Positions 11,906 to 23,204 are shown, counted from the stretch's first letter. The stretch: DNA of 64,000 bases from an uncultured Candidatus Altimarinota bacterium (GCA_963763105.1 CAVXMT010000005.1:4685-68684); one strand, 5' to 3'. Program-made: numbers and translations. Notes: generated by a model from the sequence alone, not told the origin.

Positions 11906-12586
11906 ATGAAATTCTCCTGCATCATCCCTGCCTATAATGAGTGATCTCGCATTGCTAATGTCATCATGACAGCTCTTTCCTGCGATGAACTCGATGAGGT
12001 GGTCGTCGTGAATGATGGCTCTGGAGATAATACGTGGGAAATCATCAATTCCTTCACTCATCCGAAACTTAACAAAATAAATATTGAGAAGAATGGTGGG
12101 AAAGCAAAAGCAATACTCACATGAGTTCATGCTTCAAAATGAGAATATATTGTCATGATTGATTCGGACCTACTCAATCTCACCCCTGAACATATCGCAT
12201 CTCTCATAGATCCTATTCAAGGAAAAGAGGCAGATGTGACACTATCTGTGAGAAAAAATAGTCTCCCATTCTATAAGTGGATTGGTAGTGATTTTGTCTC
12301 CTGAGAGCGAATTGTTCCTCGTTCTCTCTTTGATGAATGAGAATATTACACATCTTGACCAGGATTCGGACTCGAAGTAAAGATGAACGAACGAATCGTA
12401 AAACGAAACTATAAAGTCAAAAATATTGTTTTTTCTGGGGTTATTACCCCGAGAAAGGCTGATAAACTCTGATATATAAAATGAACTCTTGCAGATTTTC
12501 TTATGGTATGGGAAATCCTCTCTGTTATGCCGATTCATCGGATTTGTCGTCAGCTTTGGTATTTTTCTCGGTTTTCTTCAAAATAA
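11906..12586 (+). CDS. glycosyltransferase family 2 (DPM1-like)
   Basis: FSCIIPAYNE-G-SRI...VVVVNDGSGDNT...IVMIDSDL. The 3' end overlaps the convergent DedA gene. Confidence 0.8.
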
Positions 12587-13220
12587 GCTCTTCTTTCTCC
12601 AACACCTTTGCTGTTTTTCTTCTCAGAAAAAAGAATGCACCAACTGCAATAAAAATCATTCAGAGTGCCCAGAAAAAATATTCTATAGATTCTGTTTGAG
12701 ACGATCCTTCTGCTCATAAATACTTTTGGGTGAGAGTGCTAATATATCCAAGATTGTACCCAATAAGTACAGATATAATAGGAATTGGTACACATAAAAT
12801 AGCTGAATAGAGAATATACTTTTTCATGGCTACATTCGTTTTTCCTATATAAGTCAGTCCTATTGGTGGTGCATATGGAGTGAACTTCACAATAAGGAGT
12901 GCGAGCATAAGATTCGTGCGAATCAGATGATCCAGATTCAAGAGGAAAGAGGATTTCTTTTGGCTATCAATAACCGTTTTTTTTGCAAAAAGAGACAACC
13001 CGAAATGTCCGATGGAATAATAGAGTGCATCTCCCGTGGTCTGTCCAATCCATCAGAGAAGAAGCACAATCCAAATGTCAAAGACACCAAAAGATGCAAG
13101 GAAAGCTCAGGCAATAATAGCCACCGGTCATTCAACTATAGCGAGTCCAAACAGGAGAAAATATCCTCCTGTCTGAAGCGTTGCAAGCGTTGCTGGATTG
13201 AGATATTGATTTAGGTCCAT
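12525..13220 (-). CDS. DedA/SNARE-associated family membrane protein with extra C-terminal TM helix and charged tail
   Basis: GGYFLLFGLAIVEGPVAIIAGAFLAS plus several hydrophobic helices. TAA stop at 12525. Confidence 0.65.
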
Positions 13221-14254
13221 ATTTTCTTGGGTATAGGAGATTGTGCTCTGAGAAATTTCTTGCTATAGTCACCCCAATTATAAGTATCTGCTTTTTTCCT
13301 ACAATCGTCTTTTCCTATTTTTTCTATCAGAGAAAGTCCAGATGAGAGTGGCTTCCCATAAGGAACGAGAATACCATCCTTGCCTTGAGTGATTATTGAA
13401 TTCGGTCACTCGACATCATACGCAAGGACAGGGAGTCCACAAGAAAGAGCTTCGATATTCACAAGTCAAAGAGTATCTGTGAGTGATGGAAATACAAATA
13501 TATCAGCGCTTCGATAAATTTCTCGAAGTTCTTCTTTTGTCTTGTATCCAAGAAAGTGTACATCTTCGAAGTTCTTCTCTAGAGATTCACGAAGTGGTCC
13601 ATCTCCGACGACGACTTTTGTTCACTGAGTTTCGATCGAAAGAAAGTCGCCAATATTTTTCTCGATGGCAACTCGTCCAACAAAAAGAAGAATTGGCTTT
13701 GGAAGATTCTGAAAAAGTGTTTTTTCTCCTGGAGAAAATAGAGAGTGATCGACTCAAAATGGAATGACTTCTATTTTTTCCCGAGAATAGCTATTTTTCT
13801 CGAGATACATTCTCATAGCTTCACTTGAGACAATGATACGTGATGCTGCATCGTGAATATACCGAAGAGCCTTGTGTACAATCTTTTCTTCTATAAAAGG
13901 CATTCTTATCGCTATATATTCAGGAAATTTTGTATGAAATGCTGAAGTATAGGGAATTCCGAGCTTCTGACATGCACGAGCAGCAGCAAATCCTATCGTT
14001 CATTCAGTCACTATGTGAATCATATCAGGCCTTTCTTTTTTTATGATCGATGAGATATGGCGAGGAGTTACCATAGCAAAACGAACTTCCGTATATGTCG
14101 GAAATGGAATCGTGAGAAAGTCATCTGCAGAAATAATAACAATTTCGATATTTTTCGAGCAATTTCGAGCAAGTTCTTCGAGCGTTACTTTTGCTCCATT
14201 GATCTGATGAGCATAGGTGTCAGTAAAGAGGAGAAGTTTCTTTTTCTTTGACAT
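13211..14254 (-). CDS. glycosyltransferase family 1/4
   Basis: KLLLFTDTYAHQINGA N-terminus. GT-B C-terminal signature ADIFVFPSLTDTL-G-LVNIEALSCGLPVLA. Overlaps the DedA start by 10 nt. Confidence 0.85.
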
Positions 14255-14255
14255 A

Positions 14256-15362
14256 TTATTCTTTCTTAGAAAGGGTGATAATGACGATCTCACTTTTTGA
14301 TCCAACTCGCATCGGAGGTCACCATGTTCCTACGCCACTTGATGTATAGAGAGAATAATCACCGATACGAGTGAGGCCATAATCTCTTCATCGAAAGATA
14401 AAATAGGTAATAATGCCAAATGGCCACATCTGACCTTTGTGTGTATGTCCACAGAGTTCCAGATCGACCCCAGTTTTTGCTATAGAATCTATTTGAAATG
14501 GTGTATGATAGAGAAGAATTGAAGGATTTTCTTTCTTGAATCAAGGAAGATTCGTAATAGTTTCTGCGAGATTTTTTTTCACTCATGGTTCTGGATAATC
14601 TATCCCGATAATATCAAGTCCATCAAGTGTCACGATCTCATCTCGAAGAATTTTTGTCTTCGTATGTCCGAGTGATTCGAAAGCCCGATCGACACCAAGA
14701 TAAGTCTCATGATTCCCATCGACATAGTAGATTCCATGAGGTGCTTCGAGCTCATTGAGTGGATCGACAAGATGTTCTAGTCGTCCATCCATCCCATCAA
14801 AAAGATCACCACTAATACATACCATTTCTACATTCTCAGCATTAATTTTTCGAACTATACGATGGACAAATCACGATCTCAAAATATGTCCGACATGAAC
14901 GTCAGAAATATGTGCGATTTTTCTTCCTTCCCATGATATAGGAAGATCTTTTATCTCGACATTTATACGGGTGATAGAAAGTATCCGAGCCTTTGATATT
15001 CCATAAAGCACAGTGATTCCGCTTATACCAAGTCCAATGATTCAGAGAAGATCGAGAGGAAATGAAAAACGTGTTCATTCCGTGAGGAAGGCGAGGCCCC
15101 AAATAAAAATAAATGAGAGAAAAAGATATTGAAGTATACCGAGCCAAATAGCAGAGAGATAATAGGCATATCGTGTTTTTCTATTGTCCCAATAGCTTGC
15201 ACAGACTGAACTTGTGAGGAATGTGAGAGAAAGAAATCCCAATATAGCCACAAGATAGAAGTTTTCTCGCTCACTAACATCAATAAATCGGGTCAAAGAG
15301 AAATAGACAAAATAATGAATCCATCCAAGGATAATGAGGAGAAATCATACGAAAAGACTCAT
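14256..15362 (-). CDS. membrane-anchored calcineurin-like metallophosphoesterase
   Basis: ISDVHVG, SGDLFDG, VDGNHE and CGHTHKGQ motifs after 3-4 TM helices. Every codon from 14256 to 14585 verified. Confidence 0.85.
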
Positions 15363-15522
15363 GAAAAAAGTACTCTGTGGGCGGTGCATGAATAGTGCCT
15401 TATGAAATAGAAATGATATTGGGCGTCATTATAGGGAAATACTCAAAATAGCGAAAAATTTTTAGAAAAATGCTCGCCTTCTCATGCGAGCATTTTCATA
15501 TTCTTTTCTTTCGGTAGCTTTT

Positions 15523-16074
15523 TTACTGAGCGACGGTTCCAGAGAGAGTAGATGTATTTCTACGTGGACCTTTTTTCTCTACTGATCCTTCATGCCCGCG
15601 TTTCCCATTCATCTTTGGCATACTATCGAGTAGCGCTTGTTCCTCTGCTGTGAGTGTAGTACCAGCTGCTTTCTTTGCTATAATTGTTGCCATCTGTGTA
15701 TGTTTTGCCTTCATATCCGCACGATCTTTGATAATTTCTTGTCGAATAGTCTCTTCGTCTGTTGTAAGTGCAGTTCCAGCAAGGAGCTTATCGATGACCA
15801 CTTCATGTGCATCACGTTTTGCCTTCATATCTGCGAGTTTCTTATCGAAGAAAGCCTTTTTTTCTGTATTGGTCATGGATGTGAGCGCTGTCTGTTCTGT
15901 AGGTGTGAGTGCTTCTCCCATCATTCCACATTCTCCATGCATTCCTTGAGCAAATGATCCCATTCATTCAGTAAATGAAGTCGATCTTGGAGAAGTAGCA
16001 GCAAATGTGCTGACTGCTGCAAGGAGTCCGATAGTTCCAGCAACTGCAGATGTAATAATCATTGATTTTTTCAT
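15523..16074 (-). CDS. secreted low-complexity protein with internal repeats
   Basis: Signal peptide MKKSMIITSAVAGTIGLLAAVSTFA. Repeated L(L/A)AGT(A/T)LT(T/A)(D/E)EE and ADMKAK(R/H) units. Confidence 0.6.
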
Positions 16075-16368
16075 ATAAATAGGGTTAAGAAATAAAATCA
16101 ATTTTGTAAATCTAAGGATATGAGACAAGAGTACTCTCGGGAAGTGATAGCAGTAAAGTATAGTGCCTTTCCGTCAGCGAGCATCTCATATGTGAGATTA
16201 CGAGGACAGTATATCAGGCTGAAGTAAGGAGTGAGTAAGACTCCATTATTCACTTCTCAGAGCATCTATCGGTTTCATTTTTGCGGCTTTAGAATCAAAG
16301 GCTGTAATCACAGGTGTTTTTAGTAAAAAGTTGCTTTTATTTTTCCCCATTCTCTGTATTATAGAGAT

Positions 16369-17580
16369 ATGATTGCACAGAAAAAGCGAAATATTCTCGG
16401 GGAAAACATTCCTCATCATTCGCTCTTTATTCTCATCGGAAAAGAAGAACAGATACGAAACGGTGATGTGATGTATCCATTCAGGCAGGATTCAGATATC
16501 CTTCTTTTTACTGAAGTGAGCTCTCCAGATATTATCCTCGTAGGAATAAAGAAACAAGAAAATATTGAGTGGATTCTCTATTCTGATCCGATTTCTGAGA
16601 GTGAAAAAATCTGGGGAACAAGTCGACAGAATTATGATGAGATTCGAGAAGCTTCATGAATTGAGAATATTCGTCCGCTGTATTCTCTCCAAAAGGATTT
16701 GAGAAAATGGACTATAGAATCTGAGAGAATTTATCTGAAGTGAGACCCCAATTTTCATAGAAATATTGGAAAATGAATACATATTCCGAAAGAAAAAATT
16801 CATTCTTGTGATTCATTCTTAAGGCCACTTCGTATGATCAAGATTCCGGAAGAAGTCGAACATATCAGGGAAGCAATTCGTGTGACGAAAATTGCTCACG
16901 ATCTCGTCAGGGATTCGATACGACCAGGAATGTATGAATATGAGATTGAGGCAATGATTGCTTCAGTGTTTCGCTCTCATTATCTCACAGAAGCATATCC
17001 GACTATTGTCGCAAGCGGTCCGAATGCATGCACACTCCACTATATCTGACATGATAGAAAAACAGAGACATGAGATATTGTTCTCATCGACGCGTGAGCA
17101 GAATATCGAGGATATGCGGCAGATATTACTCGTGTTTATTTTTGTTCTATATCCCACTTAACAACGGAGGACAGGGGGGATTTTTCTTCACGACAGAAAG
17201 AAGTCTATGAAAGCGTCCTTGCTGTGAAGAAATATGCTGAATCTCTTATTCGTCCAAGAATGAAGAAATTAGATTATGAGAAAAGAGTGAGAGAAAAAAT
17301 GAATGAAGAACTTATAAAGCTTGAACTTATTCCAAAGTGAGCTTCTTCAGAAATTGTGGAGAAGCTTTCTCGAAAATATTACCCTCACTCGGTTTCTCAC
17401 TTTCTCGGACTTGATGTTCACGATACCTGAGAGCGAGATGAGATATTTCACTCTGGAATGATCATTACCTGTGAACCAGGAATTTATATTTCCGAAGAGG
17501 GAATCGGCATTCGTCTCGAAGATGATATTCTTATAACAGAGAATGGATGCGAGAATCTCTCAAAAAATATAGCAATTTAG
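16369..17580 (+). CDS. pepP: Xaa-Pro aminopeptidase (M24B)
   Basis: YPTIVASGPNACTLHY, LIDA-G-AEYRGYAADITR, HSVSHFLGLDVHD, EPGIY, IRLEDD. Confidence 0.88.
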
Positions 17581-17588
17581 AAATTCCA

Positions 17589-17616
17589 TTGAAAATTTTC
17601 ATTTTTTGCATATAAT
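17589..17616 (+). promoter_or_regulatory. sigma70-like promoter for the 17641 / grpE unit
   Basis: TTGAAA, 16-nt spacer, TATAAT, located 25 nt upstream of the ATG. Confidence 0.5.
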
Positions 17617-17640
17617 CCGCTTATCTTAACCACTTTATAT

Positions 17641-18192
17641 ATGAGACTTATTACACTTCTTGCTGGGTATGCTGCCGGACTTGCTGTAGCGATGAAATAT
17701 CGTAAAGATGCTGGAGTATCCAAGATTGAGACTGATTCAAAAAAATCAAAAGTGGATGGTTTTATCGATGAGATTGTTGATATTCACAAGACCGCTTATG
17801 GTGAAGTAAAAGGGTTTGTATCGACGCATTTTGATGATGTGAATGATTTTGATGCTCTCAAGACAAAAGCATCCTCCTTGATTGATTCATTTACGACCGA
17901 AGCGGAGAATCTTATCACTTCCTTGAAAAATAAATGAACTTCTGAGTGAGAATCTGCTATTGCAAAGGTCGATGCTTTGTATCAAGAAAAGGCTGAGATT
18001 CTCGATAAGGCAAAAGAAAAAGGATCCACTTTCGTCGATGTGGCACATGACACACTCATGAGTTGGATTGATGAGGTGAAGTCTCGACTCACACAAGCTC
18101 ACACAAGTATCAAGTCCACACTTGATAATCCAGTCGTCGAAAAATCAACACCAAAAAAGAAGGCACCTACAAAAAAAACTCCCGTTGCGTAG
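17641..18192 (+). CDS. membrane-anchored coiled-coil protein (YtxH-like)
   Basis: N-terminal helix LLAGYAAGLAVAM, charged helical remainder and a K-rich tail. Two TGA-Gly codons. Confidence 0.5.
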
Positions 18193-18279
18193 AACTTTGA
18201 AATTTTATGATATTCTATTTGCTTACATGGAGTGAATGTTTTTCATATTTTTTCCCTTAAATTTTAATATCATACTTCT

Positions 18280-18795
18280 ATGACTCATAAAGGTACTACC
18301 AAGAAGACTGATGCTGAGATCCTCCCTGAAGAAATTGTCATTGAAGATGAGCTTCCAGTGCAAAAAGATCCAGTCGAAGAAATTAAGCGTCTTCAAGATT
18401 CACTTGCTCGTTCCCAGGCTGATTATCAGAATTTTGTCATGCGAACTGAGCGAGATAAAACTGATATGGTACATTTTCTCTCTGCAAAAATCCTCCTTCC
18501 ATTTCTTACTCAAGTAGATAATCTCGAACGTGCTGTAAAACTCAAAGAATGAATAGAGGGGGATACTTTTGTCGATGGAGTTCGGTCTGTCCTTGCAAGC
18601 ATGCAGAAATATCTAGAATCTCAATGAGTGAGTGCATTTGAATCTGTCGGGCATGAGGTCGATCCTGATCGTCATGATGTGATGACTGAAGCACCAGGTG
18701 AAGCTGGAAAGATCATTACAGAATTCGAAAAAGGATACTTGCTCAGAGATCGAGTTCTTCGTCACGCAAAAGTCGTAGTAGGTTCGTCAAATTAA
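18280..18795 (+). CDS. grpE: nucleotide exchange factor GrpE
   Basis: RSQADYQNFVMRTERD...LLPFLTQVDNLERA...FDPDRH-like...GYLLRDRVLRHAKVVV. Confidence 0.9.
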
Positions 18796-18804
18796 GTAGA
18801 CACT

Positions 18805-19416
18805 ATGAATCAAAATATTAAGGATATACTCGAGAAGATTGAATCACTCAATAATGATCTCAAAGAAGAATATAGCCGACTCTCTGAAAAGTATGGATTC
18901 TCTCTCGAAGAAAAAAGAGTTATATTTCTCGAAGAGATAAGAAAACGAAATAAAAGTCTTAAGCTTCCAAAATGGAGATTTCCAATTACATCGACTAATG
19001 TTCGACAAATTATTGCTATACCATTTATCCTTGGAATGATTGTTCCTGCTATTATTCTTGATTTTTGTATTACGATATATCATACAATAGCATTTTCTCT
19101 CTATCGAATACCAAAAGTAAAACGCTCTGAATATATTATATATGATCGGAAATTTCTCGACTACTTGAATATTATCCAACAACTCCAATGTCTCTATTGT
19201 AGCTATGTAAATGGACTTTTTGCATATTCAGTCGAGATTGCTGCCCGTACAGAGCGATATTGGTGTCCAGTCAAGGCTGCACACAAGCCAAGATTTTCTC
19301 ACGGATGGTATCAGGACTTTGCTGACTATGGAGATCCCAAAGAGTGGGAAGAGAAATACCGTCATGATGAGAAAGCCTTTGCGAATATAGAGAAAAATAC
19401 TCCTTCTACTAAATAA
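18805..19416 (+). CDS. hypothetical membrane protein with Cys-rich C-terminal domain
   Basis: Uninterrupted 203-codon ORF with no TGA. Two TM helices, then CLYCSYVNG...RTERYWCPVKAAH. Confidence 0.6.
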   Translation: MNQNIKDILEKIESLNNDLKEEYSRLSEKYGFSLEEKRVIFLEEIRKRNKSLKLPKWRFPITSTNVRQIIAIPFILGMIVPAIILDFCITIYHTIAFSLYRIPKVKRSEYIIYDRKFLDYLNIIQQLQCLYCSYVNGLFAYSVEIAARTERYWCPVKAAHKPRFSHGWYQDFADYGDPKEWEEKYRHDEKAFANIEKNTPSTK

Positions 19417-19426
19417 TTTCCTCACC

Positions 19427-20422
19427 TTGCTTCCAAAACTCCTCACATCTCGACTTCAGACAATTCTTTCGACTGATTATGATAGTGTCATAGAAGCATT
19501 TTCTCATGAGAGGAAGTGATCTTTTCGTATCAATACTCTGAAATGAGATGGTACGGAAGTATTCTCAGAATTCGAAAAGAAATGAATCAAAGTCGAGAAA
19601 TTCGACGGGATACCATGAGCGTATTTTTTTGATCGAAAAGATGACTATGCGATGAAGGGAACTGATGCTTTCTATTCTGGAAAAATCTATCTCCAGTCAA
19701 TATCAAGTATGTTTCCCGTTCGCGCACTTGATCCACAGGCAACAGATACTATTCTCGATGTCTGTGCGGCGCCTTGATCCAAGACGACACAGATAGCTAT
19801 GATGATGAAGAATGAAGGAAAGATTGTCGCTCTCGAACAAAATCAGATTCGCTATGATAAACTCATGCACAATGCTATTCTTCAGTGAGCGACTATTATT
19901 GAGTGAGTGAAGATGGATGCAAAAAAATGGCTAATTGACAATTGACAATTGATAATAAAACAACAAAAAAATTGTATCAATGATTATCCATTATCCATTA
20001 TCCATTGTCAATTTAATCGTGTCCTCCTCGATGCACCATGTAGTGCTGAGGGGCGTATCTCTCTCTCGAACGAGAAGACATACGGTTTCTGGTCCCGTGA
20101 TAACATTCAGCAAAAAGCAGAGCTTCAGTATGAACTCCTCTCTCTTGCTTTCTCTCGTCTCAGGGTAGGAGGAACTCTCGTCTATTCGACATGTACTCTT
20201 GCGCCAGAGGAGAATGAGTGAGTAATATCTCGTTTTCTCGTAGACTGTCCTGATGCACGTCTTGAATCTATAGATATATGACTTTCCCATGCGACATGGT
20301 GGAAAAATGGACTTACTTCTTTTGGTAAATCTGAATATGGAGAAGAAATGAAAAAGGCAGTTCGGGTATTGCCAAGTGATGAGACAGAAGGATTTTTTAT
20401 GGTAAAAATTATTAGACCATAA
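19427..20422 (+). CDS. RsmB/RsmF-like rRNA cytosine-C5 methyltransferase with repeat insertion
   Basis: TTG start (no ATG in the open frame). FRINTLK, DVCAAP-G-SKT, LLDAPCSAEG, LVYSTCTL. Confidence 0.8.
19933..20011. repeat. inverted pair of heptamer arrays inside the RsmB/F-like gene
   Basis: AATTGAC AATTGAC AATTGAT AAT (19933-19956), 27-nt A-rich spacer, then TTATCCA x3 TTGTCAA (19984-20011). TTGTCAATT is the reverse complement of AATTGACAA. Confidence 0.9.
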
Positions 20423-21302
20423 GGATTTTCTTCCAATCTTCTATTTTTATTGCTTCCGCTCGTATCTTCTCATCATATCAGAACTTGACGAGGATTGATC
20501 GTATATTTTCGAGATTATAGGTGCTTCATTTCAGATTCGAGAGAAGCGTCTTACGAGGATGAGTGAAAGCCACTTTCCAAATATTGAGAAGTTTTTTTTC
20601 TATCTCATGATTCCGAGATTTTTTTACAGAAAATTTGAGTACAATTGAGTCAACTTTCGGCGCCGGGTCAAATGATTCTCTTCCAACATATCGGATAATC
20701 TCAATATTGTCACAGGCTTGTTCCATGGCGAGTGAGAGAAATGAATGATGGATTTTTTTTCCTCTTCCAGCGAGGATTTTTTTCCCGACCTCTTCTTGCA
20801 TCATAATGACCATTTCTTGAGGTGGATTGAAACCCCCCTTATCAAGGGGGGTAGGGGGGATATTACCCCCTCCGACTCCCCCTGTTAGGGGGAGGGCCTT
20901 TGGATACAAAAAATGAAAAAGAATCGGACTCGTGATATAATAGGGAATATTTGCAATCACAGAATATTCTTCATAAGAAGGTATGAAGGTGAGAACATCC
21001 TGATGATGCAACGTTATTGGTGTCGTTTTTACGAGATGAGATTCATCTCAGAATATCTTCGGAGCTTCTTCGTCCCCCATGAATCGTGCATCGAGAAGAC
21101 TTACCATATCTGTATCGAGCTCGACAAGATCAAGAGAGAGAGGATGATGAGAGAGAATATACTCAGTGAGAGCACCATATCCGGGACCGATTTCTATGAT
21201 ACACTTCTCGGCGATAGTGATCGATCGTGCAATATCGGAGAGTGCCTCCTCATCGATAAGAAAGTTTTGTCCGAGGGATTTCTTCGGTTTTATAATGCGC
21301 AT
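20412..21302 (-). CDS. rsmA: 16S rRNA (adenine1518/1519-N6)-dimethyltransferase
   Basis: LGQNFL, EIGPGYGALT, ANIPYYITSPILF. Contains a G/C-palindrome insertion. TAA stop at 20412. Confidence 0.9.
20831..20895. repeat. G/C-run palindromic element, in frame in ksgA
   Basis: CCCCCCTTatcAAGGGGGG, GGGGGGAtattaCCCCC, CTCCCCCTgttAGGGGGAG. Encodes ...LPLTGGVGGGNIPPTPLDKGGFNPP. Confidence 0.85.
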
Positions 21303-21426
21303 GATGCATATTTTAGTGAAGCTTGCTGATTCTCCAAATCTCGTCTACATTTTTTGTTCGACTTTTATTTTTCTTGTTTGATTCTTCCTTTCCTCTTCTC
21401 ATATGACTTCTTTTTCGAAAAATATT

Positions 21427-21454
21427 TTGACATTCGTTTACTCTTTCATATAAT
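21427..21454 (+). promoter_or_regulatory. consensus sigma70 promoter of the ribosomal-protein operon, followed by a ~135-nt structured leader
   Basis: TTGACA, 16-nt spacer, TATAAT. The leader contains the hairpin GCTTCCTTCacccGAAGAAAGC. Confidence 0.6.
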
Positions 21455-21591
21455 CCCGTCACTTTTGTATATCTCTTCGCTTCCTTCACCCGAAGAAAGC
21501 CAGATCCACTCATAGTGACGTTGCCGGGTAACCATTCGATTCCGAATGCCTCCTGACAACCTCTCATTTTAATATCTATCTTTCCATTATC

Positions 21592-22146
21592 ATGGCTGGT
21601 ATTATCGGAAAAAAACTCGAAATGACTCGCGTCCTTCATAATGGCGCATTCACTCCTGTCACACTTATCAAAGTTCCCACTCTCACTGTTGCTCAAGTCA
21701 AGACTATAGAGAATGATGGCTATACTGCTATCGTTATCTCCATGCAAGATGGCAAGCAAGAGACACTTCGCGAAGTTCCTGCTACAGGTGCTTTCGCTTC
21801 ACTTGAGAAAGGTTCTGAGATTTCTCTCGATGTTCTCGAGGGAATAGAAACACTTGAGATTGCCTCCATCTCTAAAGGTAAAGGATTCCAAGGTGCGATG
21901 AAACGCTGGAACTTCCATGGAGGTCCTGCTGCTCACGGATCAAAATTCCACCGAGCACTTGGATCCATCGGTAATCGCAAACCTCGTCGTACAAAACTCG
22001 GAAAGAAAATGCATGGGCATATGGGACTTGATCGTATCACTCTCAAAGATGTCCCACTTATTCTTGTAAATAAAGAACTCAGAGTAATAGCTGTAAAGGG
22101 TCCAGTCGCTGGTGCTCGCAATTCACTTGTCACTCTTCTCTTCTAA
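21592..22146 (+). CDS. rplC: 50S ribosomal protein L3
   Basis: SKGKGFQGAMKRWNFHGGPAAHGS. Intact ORF. Confidence 0.95.
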   Translation: MAGIIGKKLEMTRVLHNGAFTPVTLIKVPTLTVAQVKTIENDGYTAIVISMQDGKQETLREVPATGAFASLEKGSEISLDVLEGIETLEIASISKGKGFQGAMKRWNFHGGPAAHGSKFHRALGSIGNRKPRRTKLGKKMHGHMGLDRITLKDVPLILVNKELRVIAVKGPVAGARNSLVTLLF

Positions 22147-22196
22147 TAACGTATAGGTATTCCCCTTTTTGACTCTCAAAATCTAAAATTTCATTT

Positions 22197-22820
22197 ATGA
22201 AAGCTCCTCTCTTCGACACTCACGGAAAAAATAAAGGTACTATCGACCTTGCAGATTCTCACTTTGGAGTCACTCCAAATCTTGGACTTATGCATCGTCT
22301 CCTTGTCCTCCAGCAGGCCAATGGGCGTATCTCAATAGCACACACAAAACATCGCGGTGAAGTCGCTGGATCGACACGAAAACTCTTCAAGCAAAAAGGA
22401 ACAGGAAATGCTCGTATGGGTGATAAGCGTTCTCCAATGCGTCGTGGTGGAGGTGTTGTATTTGGTCCTCGAAGTGAGAGAAATTTTTCTCTCTGTATGA
22501 ATGCTCAAGAGCGTCGACTTGCTCTTCTTTCTCTTCTCTCGACAAAGGCAACAGCAGAAAATGTAAAAGTCGTCGAATCATTTGGAAAAGATGTCGCAAA
22601 GACAAAAGGAATGATGGTTTTTCTCTCTACTATGGAAGCAAAAAAACCTCTCATTGCTATCACTCGAGAAGAAAAAGACCAGATTGCAGGAGCATGGAAT
22701 ATTCCAGAACTTAAGGTGGTGAATGTCGAATATCTCAATCCGCACTCACTTCTCAAATACAAAGATCTCGTCTTTACAGAAGCTTCTCTCAAGCATCTCT
22801 ACGAACACTTTACAAAATAA
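22197..22820 (+). CDS. rplD: 50S ribosomal protein L4
   Basis: KQKGTGNARMGDKRSPMRRGGGVVFGPR. Confidence 0.95.
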   Translation: MKAPLFDTHGKNKGTIDLADSHFGVTPNLGLMHRLLVLQQANGRISIAHTKHRGEVAGSTRKLFKQKGTGNARMGDKRSPMRRGGGVVFGPRSERNFSLCMNAQERRLALLSLLSTKATAENVKVVESFGKDVAKTKGMMVFLSTMEAKKPLIAITREEKDQIAGAWNIPELKVVNVEYLNPHSLLKYKDLVFTEASLKHLYEHFTK

Positions 22821-22891
22821 TAGATTCGAGATGACAAATTCCAGGAATGAAATCTCTTCATCTAAAACTAAAACCCTCTAAATCTCTTCTT

Positions 22892-23185
22892 ATGAACTCT
22901 CTCTACTCAGTTATCAAACGATTCATCGTCACCAACAAGTCTACCGATGGTGAGGTACGTGGTGTATACACATGTTTTGTAGATCCAAGTGCGACAAAGA
23001 TTGATATAAAAAATGCATTTAAAACTCTCTATTGAGTTGGAGTCAGCAAAGTGAATATTCTTATGACTCGTGAGAAATTCCATAATACAAAGGCTTGAGT
23101 TACTCAAAAGAGACACTCAGAAAAGAAGGCTATGGTAACACTCAATGATGGACAGAAGATAGTAAATTTTGACGCTATAAAATAA
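22892..23185 (+). CDS. rplW: 50S ribosomal protein L23
   Basis: Position between L4 and L2. ...FVDPSATKIDIKNAFKTLY-G-VGVSKVNIL. Internal ATG chosen at 22892. Confidence 0.85.
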
Positions 23186-23204
23186 TTTCTCATTTTTCCC
23201 CACT

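Noticed and set aside
18193-18279. A CIRCE (HrcA) operator upstream of grpE.
   Set aside because: No TTAGCACTC-N9-GAGTGCTAA-like inverted repeat is present, either here or upstream of 17641.
20831-20895. G-quadruplex-forming sequence.
   Set aside because: G-runs alternate with complementary C-runs on the same strand, which favours hairpins. Four same-strand G-tracts in suitable spacing are not present.
21303-21591. A hidden rpsJ (S10) gene upstream of rplC.
   Set aside because: No ORF longer than ~17 codons in any frame. The region holds a consensus promoter and a leader instead.
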